Below are positions 62,661-64,000 of a DNA stretch of 64,000 bases, one piece after another. Position 1 is the first letter of the stretch. Each line of letters begins with the position of its first letter. Below the pieces are notes generated by a model, which saw only the letters and a program-made list of their open reading frames with translations, made no database searches and had not been told where the DNA came from. Made by a program: the position numbers and the translations under genes. The DNA is from Rhodocyclaceae bacterium (GTDB lineage Bacteria > Pseudomonadota > Gammaproteobacteria > Burkholderiales > Ga0077523), in contig JADCHQ010000005.1 of NCBI GenBank assembly GCA_020248405.1, positions 5,708-69,707 of the forward strand, read 5' to 3'.

Positions 62661-63943
62661 TCAGGGGGTTGCAGCATCGGACCGCGCGGCGCATGCGGGC
62701 CCCGCGTAGCCGAACAGCCAGGCCGCCACCTTGCGCATCTGGATCTCTTCCGAGCCCTCGGTAATGCGGTCGCGGCGGTGGTGGCGATAGATGTGCTCGA
62801 AGGGCTTGTGGCGCGAATAGCCGATGCCGCCGTGCACCTGCATGGCCCGGTCGGCGGCCTCGCAGCACAGCCGGTTCGCCCAGTAGTTGCACATGGAGAC
62901 CTTGTCGGAGAGACGCCGCGCCGCGTCGGGCTTGGGCATGGAATCCATCTCGTGGGCGGTCTTGCGGATCAGCAGGCGCAGCATCTCCACCTGGGTGGCC
63001 AGTTCCACCAGCGGGAACTGGATGCCCTGGTTGCGCGCCAGCTCCTCGCCAAACGGCTTGCGCTCGCGGGCGTACCTCACGCTCTCGCGCACGCAGTAGT
63101 CGGCCGCGCCCAGGCTCGAGGCAGCCTGCCGGATGCGGTTCTCGTGCACGAAGTGCTGGGCCACCGCGAGCCCTCCGCCCACGGGCCCCAGCACGGCGTC
63201 CTCCGGCACCCACACCCCCCGGAAGCTGACCCGCGGGTGGTCGGTGGGCATGTTGAAGGTCCACAGGTATTCCTCGATCACCACGCCATCGGCGCGCGAG
63301 GCAACGAGGAAGGCGGTGATGCCCTTCGCGTCGCCGTCGGTGCCGGCGGTGCGGGCGAACACCACGCAGTGGCGGGAGACGTGCATGCCGGTGGTCCACA
63401 TCTTCTCGCCGTCGATGCGCCAGCCCCGGCGCCCGTCGCGCGATTCGGGCACGGCGCGCGTGTCCATATGGGTGGCGTCAGACCCGTGGCCAGGCTCGGT
63501 GAGCCCGAAGGAGATGGGCACCGACACCTCGGTCATGCCGTCCACCAGGCGCTGCTGCCCGGGCGTGCCGAAGTCGCGCAGGATCATGACAAAGGGGTGG
63601 TTGCCCACGATGGAGTGCTCGTTCTGCAGGTCGTTGTGCAGGCCCAGGCCCCCGGGCGGCGAGGTGCTCGCGGATCACGGCCATCCACAGGTTGCCGCCA
63701 CCGCGCCCGCCGAACTCCACCGGCCAGGCGAAACGCTGGTGGCCGGCGCGCCTCGGCCAGCAGGTTTTCCCATTCCTGGCGCGGCAGGCCGCCGCGGTCG
63801 AAGTCGGTTCGGGCCCACTCACGGCGGTGATCGAACAACCGCTGGTTGTCGTCGGCAGCCTGCAGGGGCGCGATCTCGGCGTCGATGAAGGCGTCGAGTT
63901 CCGCCAGGTAGCGGAGCAGGCCGGACGGGAGCTCGAAGTCCAT
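62661..63943 (-). pseudogene. acyl-CoA dehydrogenase family gene interrupted by two frameshifts
   Basis: The pieces read MDFELPSGLLRYLAELDAFIDAEIAPLQAADDNQRLFDHRREWARTDFDRGGLPRQEWENLLAEA / RAGHQRFAWPVEFGGRGGGNLWMAVIREHLAARG / LGLHNDLQNEHSIVGNHPFVMILRDFG...TEPGHGSD...GGIGYSR...RITEGSEEIQ, in three successive frames. The switches are near 63740-63752 and at the C5 run 63649-63653. Confidence 0.75.
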
Positions 63944-63945
63944 GG

Positions 63946-64000
63946 TCAGGCGCCGCGGGCCGAGGCCCGTCCGGCGCCGTAGCCGGGCTGGTCCACGGCC
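63946..64000 (-). CDS. 3' end of an unidentified CDS entering from beyond the window (...AVDQPGYGAGRASARGA*)
   Basis: The TGA at 63946-63948 (minus) lies 2 nt upstream of the ACAD start. Only 17 codons are visible. Confidence 0.25.
   Translation of the reverse strand, partial: AVDQPGYGAGRASARGA

Noticed and set aside
1-64000. Search for CRISPR arrays, rRNA/tRNA genes, IS elements, integrases and prophage blocks
   Set aside because: I saw no regularly spaced direct repeats, no tRNA-like cloverleaf candidates in the intergenic gaps I inspected, and no transposase or integrase motifs in any frame. Absence by eye is not proof, and tRNAscan/Infernal/ISfinder would be decisive.

Overview
High-GC (about 70% by eye) proteobacterial chromosomal segment. 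The gene content (Csp, class-1 FBPase, HiPIP, a PEP-CTERM protein, YnfA) suggests a betaproteobacterium of the Rhodocyclales or Burkholderiales type, but that is inference only. I support about 60 protein-coding genes, mostly ordinary chromosomal functions: queF, guanine deaminase, mnmC, pepN, fbp, msrA, dtd, cspA, glsA and oxyR with a Prx-Grx hybrid peroxiredoxin. I saw no rRNA, tRNA, CRISPR array, transposase or integrase. Most long ORFs in the six-frame track are antisense or out-of-frame high-GC artefacts. The real genes were picked by recognisable family motifs, signal peptides, Shine-Dalgarno sites and ATGA-type start/stop overlaps. The window carries five disrupted genes. They are a heavily decayed FMN glutamate-synthase-family gene, a nucleotidyltransferase with a +1 frameshift in a G7 run, its small partner with an in-frame TAG, a small conserved ORF with a G-run frameshift, and an acyl-CoA dehydrogenase with two frameshifts. 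Several of these lesions sit in homopolymers and could be assembly errors. The most interesting unexplained arrangements are listed here. (1) A K+ channel operon that also encodes a 4-TM partner and two prepilin-type proteins. (2) A membrane permuted-papain (YiiX-like) protein translationally coupled to a degenerate-GGDEF/EAL protein. (3) A signal-peptide glutaminase, OprO/P-type porin, orphan solute-binding protein, CxxC protein and mini-lipoprotein operon. (4) The disrupted nucleotidyltransferase cassette wedged between the OxyR regulon and pepN. (5) A lower-GC islet with an HTH protein, a FecR-like lipoprotein and a PD-(D/E)XK nuclease behind a palindromic operator. (6) A photolyase-like protein with apparently swapped domain order. 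All family calls come from motif recognition by eye and memory. No database search was run.
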